A stretch of DNA of 64,000 nucleotides from Myxococcota bacterium (GCA_963676915.2 CAXXVK010000019.1:1-64000); one strand, 5' to 3'. Positions 9,988 through 21,293 are shown, counted from the first letter of the stretch. Notes: a model not told the origin generated them from the letters alone. Made by a program: numbers and translations.

Positions 9988-10007
9988 GCAGGGAAGGGGG
10001 ACTTCGC

Positions 10008-10036
10008 TTGACATCGTTCCGACCCACCGTTAACGT
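10008..10036 (+). promoter_or_regulatory. sigma70-type promoter, divergent, for the 10168 lipoprotein
   Basis: TTGACA-17 nt-TAACGT. Confidence 0.5.
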
Positions 10037-10167
10037 AGCACCATCGATATTCGATTAGGCTGAACGGAAAAACCCGATTTCGTTACTCCGAAAACGAGGT
10101 TCGTTGACGTTCGGAACGGTTGATAAGGACGTATGACAACCCCATGAAAAGTGGAATCAGATCGCGT

Positions 10168-11487
10168 ATGAATTGGAACAAATCAGCACAATTTCTATCT
10201 ATTCGACACGTTTTCCTGTTGTGGATTGTCTTGGGGTGGGTGCTTGGTTGCTCCGACAATTCTGGAATCGCCTCGGATGGGGATACAGAATCGGAGCTTT
10301 CTGATGTTGAAGAAGAAATAGAAGAAACGGAAGAGGAAGTTCGAGAAAGACCGGAAAAAGGTTCAAAAGATTACCCTAAAACTTTATGGCGAGATGAAGT
10401 AGAAACAGGGCACACATTTACCTGGGGATTTTTACCACGCGAACATTTTACACGCAATGTAAAAACAAATTTTCCGATGGTTTGGGATGAAGAAAACCAG
10501 CGGATTCTTGCTGTAGATCCAGGTATTTATAACCTTTTGCAACCAGAACATGATTACGTACTATATTCTTTAACGGAAGAAAAATCAGAAATAGTAGATT
10601 ATATTGACTTGCCTGATATAGACCTATCGATGTGGGAATGGACAGTAGATCCAGCAGAAATCTATAGCATGGTACTTATAGAGGATAAGTTAATTTTTTC
10701 TTTTAGAAAAAGTGCTTATTACAACTATAATTCAGATTACAATCTCATTGGTCTGTTGTCTTACGACCTTTCATCGAAAAATGTTCGATATGTTTATGCA
10801 TATGCAGATACATGGGACAAGCTGAACATATTGGGAATGATACGACAAGATTCAAGTGAGGCGTTATTTTTAAGAACAATAACTGGTTTTGCAATATTTG
10901 ATCTGGTGGAAGAAAAATTTACACCTGTGAAGACAGAATGTAATTCGGATCAAGATTATTTATTATCATGTCAGGAATATCCTTTCGAAACAAACTATAT
11001 CCCCCCAATAATGGTGCCTTTTAAAGGGCGAGATGGATTGGCTCTTTACGGTGGTAGACTTGCATCTCTTGAGCGTAAAAGTAACGATGATATCATCATT
11101 ACTTCTTTGTACGCGAACATAGATCATAGCTGTAAAAATTGGTTACTTTACGAAGAATGTGAAGAATCAGAGCTTCCCTTTTCTCGAGATTGCTGCATGT
11201 ATAGTCGAAATCTGTGGCAATATAAAGATTCAACCTATGTTCTTTCTTATCAACAGGAAACGTTCTATAAAATTGATCTGGAAAACAGAGTATATGAAAG
11301 AATATCAGGAAAATCCGGTCGGATCACTCAATATGGTCTTTCTCCTGACGGAACTCCTGCTTCTGAAGCCATTTTGGGAACCCCGCAAGATTGGCTTATT
11401 ACCCCCGATGGCGACCTGATGTGGTTTTCCCCCTGGGATTTTTCCGTACGTGGCATAGCCGGTCCGTTGGACGAATGGGCGGAATGA
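10168..11487 (+). CDS. Hypothetical lipoprotein (low GC, possible beta-propeller)
   Basis: Lipobox VLGC, then SDGDTESE and an acidic linker; visibly AT-rich body. Start uncertain (10120/10144/10168). Confidence 0.75.
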   Translation: MNWNKSAQFLSIRHVFLLWIVLGWVLGCSDNSGIASDGDTESELSDVEEEIEETEEEVRERPEKGSKDYPKTLWRDEVETGHTFTWGFLPREHFTRNVKTNFPMVWDEENQRILAVDPGIYNLLQPEHDYVLYSLTEEKSEIVDYIDLPDIDLSMWEWTVDPAEIYSMVLIEDKLIFSFRKSAYYNYNSDYNLIGLLSYDLSSKNVRYVYAYADTWDKLNILGMIRQDSSEALFLRTITGFAIFDLVEEKFTPVKTECNSDQDYLLSCQEYPFETNYIPPIMVPFKGRDGLALYGGRLASLERKSNDDIIITSLYANIDHSCKNWLLYEECEESELPFSRDCCMYSRNLWQYKDSTYVLSYQQETFYKIDLENRVYERISGKSGRITQYGLSPDGTPASEAILGTPQDWLITPDGDLMWFSPWDFSVRGIAGPLDEWAE

Positions 11488-11737
11488 CGGCAAAGTTCTC
11501 GAATCGGTCGAACTCTGTCTGATTTTCAGTATATTGTTCTTGACAAGAAAATGAATTCGATGGATTATCCGCATGTGGATAATTTTTGTGTTAATGCGCT
11601 TTTTTTGACGCTTTTTTACTAAAATTTCATTCAGAAATTGTTTCTTGGCATGGTTTGTATGGGTGAAATAGTTTTTCACTTCAATGACCGAAGATGTTTG
11701 GATTTGTCTACTTTATCCTATGTGCAAAGGAGTTCAA

Positions 11738-13513
11738 ATGAAGACCAAACTATGGCTATCTCTCATGGTGTTGTTGGCTGCGGTTCTCGTTTTCACGGCT
11801 TGTTCCTCTGATAGTGACAATCAAGAGGAGGTCTATACATTTACGGTGGATACCCAAGGGGGACAGATACAGGTTCCCGATGGTGGTCCGACCCTCGATA
11901 TTCCGGCAGGTTCGTTGACCGAGGAAGTCGAAATTACGATTACGAAAAGCAAAAACGTCGGCACGCTCAGTGCTGGAGACGTATCGGACCCATTTCAAGA
12001 CGCAAACGGCGGATCGTTGACCTATTTCGATAGCACGGGCAACGAAGTTGCAGTCGAAGACGTGGATGTCGAAGAAGTCAGCGACGTGTACGAATTCGGT
12101 CCTGAAGGGCTGGTTTTCGAGCAACCCGTGACCGTTACCATTTCCTATTTCACTGATCGCGTTCAGGAAGGCGCCAACCTGCACTTTTTCTGGACCAAAC
12201 TTAATGATAAGAGCGTTTTCGAGGAAATAGAAGATGCCACGTTTGCCAGTGGAACGGCAACGGCGGCCGTCGAGCATTTCTCGGATGGCAAGGTTATCAT
12301 CACGATTCCCAAAGCCGATGGCGATGTAGAAGAAGAGCAGGAAGAACAACCGTTGGATTGGCCGACCGAACTGACGATCAGCCCCGCCAGAGACGCAGAG
12401 GATGTCGGTCTGGTTACGCCGATCATTATCGAAGCCAGCGAAGCTCTGGACCCGGATACGCTGAATTTCGAGTTCAGCGACGGAACCTCCAGTGTCGAGG
12501 GTTGGTACAAATTCGGTAAAGACAACATGGCGTTTTACTTCTTCCCGACCAATATTCTTGCTACCGACCAAACCTTCACGGCAACGCTGACTTTCGATGG
12601 TGTCGAGTACGAGTCCTCGTTTACCACGGTAGGCGACGCCGGACAGAACACGCTTGCAGGCACGACCGCAACGGGCACGGATTCGTTGGTCAGCTTCCTT
12701 TTCGATATGTCCAGTGTGTTTGAGCCCGCAGAATATGAAGAATCCATTCTTGGCGCAAAAAACATCGTTAAATACCTTTTCGCTCCGGTATTCGTAGACG
12801 ATACGGCAGGTGAAACGGTTTATGGCATGGGTGAAGCCAATACGCTCGCAGGCGATGATAAACCATTGGTGTTGAACTATGGCGCTTTGGGATTTCATCT
12901 CGACGTTCAAACCGAAGGTTCGTACTTCCTGTTTTCCAAACCTGTTTCATTCCTATATCGTGAAGCCGAAATTGAAGCGAACAACGTCTTTTTCGGTGGA
13001 AAGGTTGTGGAAGGTACGGGAGGCAATCCCGAAATCGTGGATGGTTTCGCAGGCATTTTCATGGAGGACTGCTCGGACCTGACCGTTGCGTTCCCGCAAG
13101 TGGCTTTTGCTGTGATTCTGTCACAGATCTGTGATTCGGATTCCGGCAATATGTTCCTCGCGAGTGATTTCAGCGGATCGTACAACGAACTTTCCGAGAC
13201 CGGATTCGAGGTTACAACCACGGCAGAGTACATCGAGTTCACCGCTTCTTCTCCGTTGTGGACCGACTGGGTGGGTGTCAACAAGTATCATGCCAACCTG
13301 ACAATCCTCGATGGAACCACGACCGTGTTCGATTCCGACGATGCCGCCGATTCCATGAGCATAACCGATATGGGCGCTGCGGATGGAACCGACTACTACA
13401 ACTTCACCAAAATCCGCTTCGATCTTCCCACCGCTCTAAGTGCGGGAAATTACGATCTGCGGCTGATCTTCGGCCTGGAGGGCGTAGACCATTCGTTCAC
13501 CATCGGTGACTGA
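11738..13513 (+). CDS. Lipoprotein with ZU5-like domain and Ig-like (Big_5-like) domain
   Basis: AAAGGAG RBS; lipobox FTAC; GG.I..PDG..LDIPAG, VYEFGPEGLVFEQPVTVTI and VEHFS (ZU5-like); ISPARDAEDV...FTT (Ig-like). Confidence 0.8.
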   Translation: MKTKLWLSLMVLLAAVLVFTACSSDSDNQEEVYTFTVDTQGGQIQVPDGGPTLDIPAGSLTEEVEITITKSKNVGTLSAGDVSDPFQDANGGSLTYFDSTGNEVAVEDVDVEEVSDVYEFGPEGLVFEQPVTVTISYFTDRVQEGANLHFFWTKLNDKSVFEEIEDATFASGTATAAVEHFSDGKVIITIPKADGDVEEEQEEQPLDWPTELTISPARDAEDVGLVTPIIIEASEALDPDTLNFEFSDGTSSVEGWYKFGKDNMAFYFFPTNILATDQTFTATLTFDGVEYESSFTTVGDAGQNTLAGTTATGTDSLVSFLFDMSSVFEPAEYEESILGAKNIVKYLFAPVFVDDTAGETVYGMGEANTLAGDDKPLVLNYGALGFHLDVQTEGSYFLFSKPVSFLYREAEIEANNVFFGGKVVEGTGGNPEIVDGFAGIFMEDCSDLTVAFPQVAFAVILSQICDSDSGNMFLASDFSGSYNELSETGFEVTTTAEYIEFTASSPLWTDWVGVNKYHANLTILDGTTTVFDSDDAADSMSITDMGAADGTDYYNFTKIRFDLPTALSAGNYDLRLIFGLEGVDHSFTIGD

Positions 13514-13560
13514 TACCGATCCTTCCTTGGCGGGGCTTTGGGCTTTGCCGTGAATCTTTA

Positions 13561-13595
13561 CGAAATCCCCGTTTTTAACGGGGATTTCGCTTTTT
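13561..13595 (+). terminator. Rho-independent terminator
   Basis: CGAAATCCCCGTT-TTT-AACGGGGATTTCG followed by CTTTTT. Confidence 0.85.
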
Positions 13596-13735
13596 GCGGT
13601 CTTTTCTTTGGATACGAAGAGAAATTCTGCTACTCTCGAAAAACCGAGAAAGCTTGGTGCAAAACGACGTAGGTTTGACCATGAACCTTTTTTCGTTTGC
13701 ACGACGTGAAAAGGATTCCATCGAGGCACCGTAAC

Positions 13736-14641
13736 ATGAAAATCTCCCGGAAGGTTCCCAGGCGATGGACGGGGGGAGGGATAGCGCTGCTTGGATTGCT
13801 CCTGGTCTGCGCCTGTTCCGATTTCTCTCGAAAATCCGCCGATTTCGAAGCGGACCAGCCCCCTGCAAGGTTGCTCTACAACCCCGATTCCATCGAAGTC
13901 CCATTACCAAACGATTTGCTCAATCCTGTCTTGAAATATGACCTGGACGTGCAAATACCCGGAATGGAAAGTCCGACGTCACGACCGGAAGAAATGGATT
14001 TGTGGATTATCGATGAGGATAAGGTTCAGGAATCCTACGAGAGAGGGTATGTCGTCGAAGAGGATTCCTTGACTACCCAGGATCTCAAAAAGGGCATGAA
14101 CGCTCGAAACGGCTTCATTCCCGAATTTTTCACGCCGGAAATTCCTTTTTCCCGACCTCTCGATCCTGGATCGTTGATTCCATACGTAACGACAGGTGGT
14201 GGCAACCTGGACAAAGCCAACTTCTTTTTTCTCGATATCACCGATGCCGAAAACCCAGTGGTTATCGAGCCTGAAAGCTACCATCTACTATTCAATCTGT
14301 CAGGTAAAACCGAGCCTCCCTATCCCCTGACGTTTCGTAATCGCTCCCCCATGATTACGATGATGCCGGAGCGCTTCGCCTCGGGTCATAGCTTTCTGAT
14401 CGTACTCACGGGAGGGGAAGCCAGTGGATTGCGGGACACGGAAGGCAACGTTTTTCAATCCGACAGTGTATTTACGCTGCTGTCCTCTGAAGAATCGTTT
14501 CTGGCCTCCGACGGTGCGAGGCGATTCAATTTATTCAAGGATATCGAAAGAATTCAAGAACTTGAGGAAGCCCGCGTCGTAACCAATCACGGCTTGACGA
14601 TTTGGGAAACGCTTACGAACGGTAAAAAAAACGCGACATGA
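13736..14641 (+). CDS. N-terminal fragment of a lipoprotein resembling the Pla-1/VolA lipase N-terminal region (frameshifted at A8)
   Basis: Lipobox VCAC; VPLPNDLL and MNARNGF motifs. Ends right after the A8 run at 14624-14631. Confidence 0.7.
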   Translation: MKISRKVPRRWTGGGIALLGLLLVCACSDFSRKSADFEADQPPARLLYNPDSIEVPLPNDLLNPVLKYDLDVQIPGMESPTSRPEEMDLWIIDEDKVQESYERGYVVEEDSLTTQDLKKGMNARNGFIPEFFTPEIPFSRPLDPGSLIPYVTTGGGNLDKANFFFLDITDAENPVVIEPESYHLLFNLSGKTEPPYPLTFRNRSPMITMMPERFASGHSFLIVLTGGEASGLRDTEGNVFQSDSVFTLLSSEESFLASDGARRFNLFKDIERIQELEEARVVTNHGLTIWETLTNGKKNAT

Positions 14642-14729
14642 CGCTATTTCCGCGTTTCAATTCACCATTGCCACCAATGCGCAAGCCTGGTTTTTCGATC
14701 CTACCAAAGTCGTACTCGGTCACAATCCG

Positions 14730-15365
14730 ATGCGACAGGAAGCCGCACTTGGCTACGCGTTTAAAGATGGTGAAGCCGTGGAACTCTGCGAAGCGTCTGG
14801 AACGGATTTCGAACCGTCGTTTACCGTTTCGGACGCTGTGGATGCCCAAACCGCCACATCGGAAACCGTCCGACTTTTCCGCGTGTCTGACGATGAAACG
14901 CTTGTGGCCGTAGATGCAACGGTTGCCGTGGAATCGCTGGAAACCGGAGAATGTACGGTCCGCCTGACTCCGGCGGCTCCCCTCGACGAACAGGCAACGT
15001 ATCTGGTTGCTGCCAACAACGATTTGATGGGAGAAAATCAAGCTCGCATCGCAGCGGAAGTGTATCTCGATCTTGCACGATCGGTTTTCCCGCTTGTGGA
15101 AGGAGACACCTGGCTTTCGCCGTATCTCGACGTTCGAGCCGACGTGCTGATCACCTTGGGTCTGCTGGAGGGTGACGGTCCCATTTACAACGTATCCGAG
15201 GAAAACCTCGAAACGGCCACGAATACCTTTCTCGATATTTTGCGAGTGCTCGAAACCATGCGTCTTGCCCGGAAAGATGACATCGATGCCTTGCTGAATC
15301 TCGGATTTATCGAGGAAAAAGAAGACCTTGTTATGCTGTATCGCTTCAGGACATCAGGATGCTGA
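14730..15365 (+). CDS. C-terminal fragment of the same lipoprotein (second Ig-like/helical repeat)
   Basis: Frame is open back to the A8 run (TRHDAISAFQFTIATNAQAWFFDP...). LTPAAPLDEQATYLV is Ig-like, and the end EDLVMLYRFRT parallels HDAISAFQFTI. Confidence 0.7.
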   Translation: MRQEAALGYAFKDGEAVELCEASGTDFEPSFTVSDAVDAQTATSETVRLFRVSDDETLVAVDATVAVESLETGECTVRLTPAAPLDEQATYLVAANNDLMGENQARIAAEVYLDLARSVFPLVEGDTWLSPYLDVRADVLITLGLLEGDGPIYNVSEENLETATNTFLDILRVLETMRLARKDDIDALLNLGFIEEKEDLVMLYRFRTSGC

Positions 15366-16711
15366 AATCACGTTTTAACGGTTCGAAGTTCGAGGGGATG
15401 TTTCGACGAAGGCTAGGAATTGTTTTCGGATTGTGTCTGATGTTCTCATTCGGAACCATCCGCGAAAGTCGGGCCGCGTATCTCCTGTTGCAAGAAGTAT
15501 CCGCCGAATCGGTGGGACAAGCCGGAGCGACGACCGCAGCGGGAGGGCGACCTTCCACGCAGTATGCGAATGCTTCGAATATTTCTTATTTGAACGACGA
15601 ACTATGGCTCGAAGCCGCGTTGACGCTGTATTTGCCAACCAGCACGTATACCAACAACGACGGGCAATCCACCGACTCGGATGTCGTGCCGAAATTCGCA
15701 CCGCACGTCTATGCCTCCTACAAGCCTATCGATTGGCTTGCGGTCGGTCTGGCCGTATTTCCCAACTACGGCAAAATTCTGGAATGGCCGGAAAACTGGG
15801 AAGGTGGGTTTGATGTCGTCCAGAATTCCGTCAGTTCGATAACCATCAATCCCAACGTATCTTTTGGACCGTTCGAGGGGTTTTCCTTCGCCGCCGGTTT
15901 TGACGTAGTGTGGAGTCATATCGTCGGAGCCAGAAATCTTACCGTCGGTACAGCACCAACAACAGAAGATTCAATAGACAACCGGATGTCTTTCAAAGGA
16001 CAGGGATGGTGCTGGGGCGCCAACGCCGGTTTGAGCTATCAACCGACCGACTGGCTTCGTTTTGGGGCAGGATACCGTTCGAGCGTAACTCTCGTGTTTG
16101 ACGGCAAAATGGATTTCGACGCGATTACTCCCTGGGCCTGGCGTTTCCCGGATCAGGATTTTCATTTGGAAATGGTTGTACCGCATCAGGTGTCATTTGG
16201 TGTGAGAGCCTGGCTGTGGGAAAACTTTTCCATGGAACTGGATGCCTGGTACTTCAGTTGGTCCCAATACAAAACCTTGAACATACAGATGGAAAACGGT
16301 TTGTACGAAGGTCCGACCAAAATTCGCATGGATGACGTAACCCCTCAAAACCTCCATGATGGCTACCAGGTCTCGCTAGGAGCGGAACTCGGTTTTCTGG
16401 AGCATTACACAGTTCGCTCCGGGGTGGCGTTCGATGGAAATGTCCTGCCCGATTCGGCAGTGGGTCCGATTCAACCGGATAATCACCGTATCAACGTTGC
16501 CGCCGGTTTCGGTGTGGAATGGGACGGATTTTTCGCCGATGCCGGGTACATGCTGAGCATCATCGTTCCTCGAGACGTTCCCGTAAGCAGTGGAAGCCCA
16601 CTACCGGGGAAATACGATTCGTTCAAGCACGCCGGTTCGATTTCCATCGGCTACCATTTCGATCCCTTCAACCCTCGGGGGGAATCGCAGATGGACTCTT
16701 CCGAACTGTAA
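15359..16711 (+). CDS. FadL/OmpP1-family long-chain fatty acid outer-membrane transporter
   Basis: Signal peptide; LQEVSAESVGQAGA plug motif; NYG..LEWPENWEG; GW..GAN.GL.Y; RFGAGYRS; PDNHR; C-terminal GYHF. Confidence 0.9.
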   Translation: MLKSRFNGSKFEGMFRRRLGIVFGLCLMFSFGTIRESRAAYLLLQEVSAESVGQAGATTAAGGRPSTQYANASNISYLNDELWLEAALTLYLPTSTYTNNDGQSTDSDVVPKFAPHVYASYKPIDWLAVGLAVFPNYGKILEWPENWEGGFDVVQNSVSSITINPNVSFGPFEGFSFAAGFDVVWSHIVGARNLTVGTAPTTEDSIDNRMSFKGQGWCWGANAGLSYQPTDWLRFGAGYRSSVTLVFDGKMDFDAITPWAWRFPDQDFHLEMVVPHQVSFGVRAWLWENFSMELDAWYFSWSQYKTLNIQMENGLYEGPTKIRMDDVTPQNLHDGYQVSLGAELGFLEHYTVRSGVAFDGNVLPDSAVGPIQPDNHRINVAAGFGVEWDGFFADAGYMLSIIVPRDVPVSSGSPLPGKYDSFKHAGSISIGYHFDPFNPRGESQMDSSEL

Positions 16712-16757
16712 CGGACCCACACATCCAGAGAAAAATTGGGTTGCTTCTTTTCCCGGA

Positions 16758-16938
16758 TAGTCCTGAAAATTCATGAAGAATCTACTGCGACTTGAAAACT
16801 CTCGATCTTTCACTCGTTTCCCGATTTTTTATACTCAACAACCTGTCAAGGTTGCTTCCGTTAAAAAATCGCTCCAACATCATGAAAGTTCTTCGGTTTC
16901 CTACGTCTCGCAACGATCCTCATGAATTTTCAGGACTA
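16758..16938. mobile_element. MITE with terminal inverted repeats flanked by TA
   Basis: Perfect 19-bp inverted repeat TAGTCCTGAAAATTCATGA at 16758-16776 and 16920-16938. No coding capacity. A degenerate relative occurs at about 41676-41753. Confidence 0.75.
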
Positions 16939-16978
16939 GATTTTCATTCACGCTCGCTTTTGAGTGGGTTATGGTTGA

Positions 16979-19090
<2,112 letters not shown>

Positions 19091-19214
19091 ATTCGCCTCA
19101 GATTTTCCTGATGGCTTGTTCAATCTTCAGACATGAAATGCTTTTATCTTTGTCAGATGCAAAAATCTGTACAAAAAATTTCCTCTAACCTCTTTTGAAA
19201 TTTAGGGAATTGTC

Positions 19215-19243
19215 TTGAAAATGCACAAAATCCTCAGTATAAT
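19215..19243 (+). promoter_or_regulatory. sigma70 promoter
   Basis: TTGAAA-17 nt-TATAAT about 45 nt before the ATG at 19288. Confidence 0.65.
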
Positions 19244-19287
19244 GTAAAATAATTTACTTTTCCTGTCAAAGCGACGAAAGGAACAAT

Positions 19288-20136
19288 ATGGATCGCCGTA
19301 GCCTTTTTCCGTTGTTGGTTGTGTGTTTCGTGCTGGTCGCTTTCCAATCTTCGGCCTGGGCACAAGTGCAGATGATTCTCCCCTCAACGTCTGTTGTCGA
19401 AGAAAGCGGAGACAAGAAAATTCGGCTGGATATTCGTTTTGCGTACCCCTTCAAGGGGAACGTCGTTGCGATGGAAAAACCCAAGAAATTCGGTGTGATG
19501 CGGCAGGGAAAAAAGCTTGATCTGATGTATCTCGTCAAGCCGATCCCGGTTAAAGGTCTACAGGCATTCGAGGTGTATTATCCCCTCAATGATCCGGGCG
19601 ATTATGTGTTTTATCTCCAGCCGAACACCTGGTTCGACAGCACACAAAAAACCTTGCACGTACAACCAACCAAAGTCGTAGTCAATGCTTACGGAGAGGA
19701 ATCCGGGTGGGATGCCGAATTGCAGGAACCCGCCGAGATCCTGCCTTTGGCCCAACCGTATGCGCTTTGGACTGGCAATTCTTTTCGGGGTGTCGTGAAG
19801 TACCGCCAGAAAGCCGTTCCTTTTACCAAAGTTCATGTCGTGTATTTCAACGAAAATCAAACCCTTACCGCGCCGACCTTACCGCTGGTCGATCAAGTCA
19901 TCAAAACCGATGCAAACGGCGTTTTTTCGTACACGCTTCCCAAATCCGGCTGGTGGGGATTCAAAGCGGATATTCGCACCGGAAAGCGCTGGAATCACCA
20001 GGGACGAGCTTATCCTTTGTATTACAATCCTGTAATCTGGGTGCAGGTCACCGATCTTCCCACCCCGAAAACGGAAACCGAACCTCAGCCTGAAACGGCG
20101 ACACCAAGCGAAGAAACTTTGCTTGAAATCGAGTGA
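19288..20136 (+). CDS. DUF4198-family periplasmic protein (COG5266-like, Co/Ni uptake-associated family)
   Basis: Signal peptide; PGDYVFY.QP; VNAYGEESGWD; EILPLAQPYALWTGNSFRG; IKTDANGVFSY..P.SGWWGF. Confidence 0.85.
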   Translation: MDRRSLFPLLVVCFVLVAFQSSAWAQVQMILPSTSVVEESGDKKIRLDIRFAYPFKGNVVAMEKPKKFGVMRQGKKLDLMYLVKPIPVKGLQAFEVYYPLNDPGDYVFYLQPNTWFDSTQKTLHVQPTKVVVNAYGEESGWDAELQEPAEILPLAQPYALWTGNSFRGVVKYRQKAVPFTKVHVVYFNENQTLTAPTLPLVDQVIKTDANGVFSYTLPKSGWWGFKADIRTGKRWNHQGRAYPLYYNPVIWVQVTDLPTPKTETEPQPETATPSEETLLEIE

Positions 20137-20160
20137 ATTCGGACGTTTCCAATCAAAAGC

Positions 20161-20192
20161 AACGGCGAGGTGCAACCCCGCCGTTTTTTTTG
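20161..20192 (+). terminator. Rho-independent terminator
   Basis: AACGGCGAGG-TGCAA-CCCCGCCGTT followed by a T run. Confidence 0.8.
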
Positions 20193-20339
20193 TTCTTTTT
20201 CAAGGGGTAATTCCTCGTCCCATCAAGGCCAACGTAGATTTTGATTTCATTTGGTGATTTTACCTGGAAAAGCATTCCGTTCGACGTCTCGCCCCGGACT
20301 ATGCTATGCTAAGCCTGATCAACAGAATGGAGGCAACCC

Positions 20340-21152
20340 ATGAGAGCATGGCTTCGAGTCGGTGGGCTTTTGTTTTTCGTCGTTTTTCTCATTGCTTGTA
20401 GTGAACAAAGGGCCGATCGTCCGTCTTCCGTCCCGGATGTTTCCTTTTCCGCAACGAAAGGACCGTTCGAGATCCGCAGCGCTCGTCTTGCGATCCAGGT
20501 GTCGGATTTTCTCGTAGCCGACCGCAGTATCCGTGAATATGCCGAGCAGCAAAAAGGTTTCGTCTTGCGGGCCGAACGCAAACGAAACGCGGGCAACGGT
20601 TTTTCGGGAACGTTGGTGGTCAAGCTTCCTGTGGATAAGTACCGGGAAAACCTCGATTTCTTTTCGTCACTGGGAAAAGTGTTCGAGCAAGAGGAGCAGA
20701 CCGAGAACGTCGGAGACAATGTTACGGACCTGGCGCTACGTCTGCGCAATCAGCAGGCGTTGGAGCAACGCATCCTGACTTTGATCGAACGGCCTGATTC
20801 CAACCTCGCCGATTTGTTGCAGGCCGAACGAGAGTTGGCCCGGGTACGGGAAACTATCGAAAAACTTCAAGGAAAACAGCAGGATCTTGAGCGACGGATT
20901 CGCTTCGCGACATTTACACTCAATCTTTTCGTTACCGCGACCCGCGATATGGAAACCCGAACCTGGTATGGACCGTTTTTACATCAATTGCGGGAAGCCG
21001 GTCGGACGCTGGCCGGATCGGTAGGGATGCTGTTTACCGTGGCGTTGGCCGTCTTACCCTGGATTTTTGCCCTTTGGGGACTGTTGCATTGGCGAAAAAT
21101 GCGTCGTGAGCGCATGCGCTTGGAGGCGAAGAAGTCATCTGACGTTCCCTGA
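20340..21152 (+). CDS. DUF4349-domain lipoprotein
   Basis: Lipobox LIAC; ENVG...DL..RL; LLQAERELARVRETIE; C-terminal TM segment. Confidence 0.85.
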   Translation: MRAWLRVGGLLFFVVFLIACSEQRADRPSSVPDVSFSATKGPFEIRSARLAIQVSDFLVADRSIREYAEQQKGFVLRAERKRNAGNGFSGTLVVKLPVDKYRENLDFFSSLGKVFEQEEQTENVGDNVTDLALRLRNQQALEQRILTLIERPDSNLADLLQAERELARVRETIEKLQGKQQDLERRIRFATFTLNLFVTATRDMETRTWYGPFLHQLREAGRTLAGSVGMLFTVALAVLPWIFALWGLLHWRKMRRERMRLEAKKSSDVP

Positions 21153-21202
21153 TTTTCAAACCTTTGAGCCTCTTGCATACATCCCGAATATAAATCTTCG
21201 GG

Positions 21203-21293
21203 GTGCCATAGCCTCACGGACCGGAAGGTCCGGGAGACTGTGCAAACCATTGAAAACACAGCCTTCCACGCTTCGCGCGTAAGACTATGGCAC
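21203..21293 (-). other. Highly structured intergenic element (multi-stem hairpin), function unknown
   Basis: 16-bp outer stem GTGCCATAGTCTTACG/CGTGAGGCTATGGCAC (two G-T pairs on the minus strand) enclosing three inner hairpins. Confidence 0.5.

Noticed and set aside
14624-14632. A_AAA_AAC heptamer as a programmed -1 frameshift site
   Set aside because: A -1 shift enters the 14638 frame, which looks non-coding; the true continuation needs +1 (loss of one A).
21217-21232. SRP RNA or sigma54 promoter within the 21.2 kb hairpin
   Set aside because: The GGAA tetraloop lacks the SRP CAGG/AGCAG internal loop, and both TGGCAC boxes lack a -12 TTGC.
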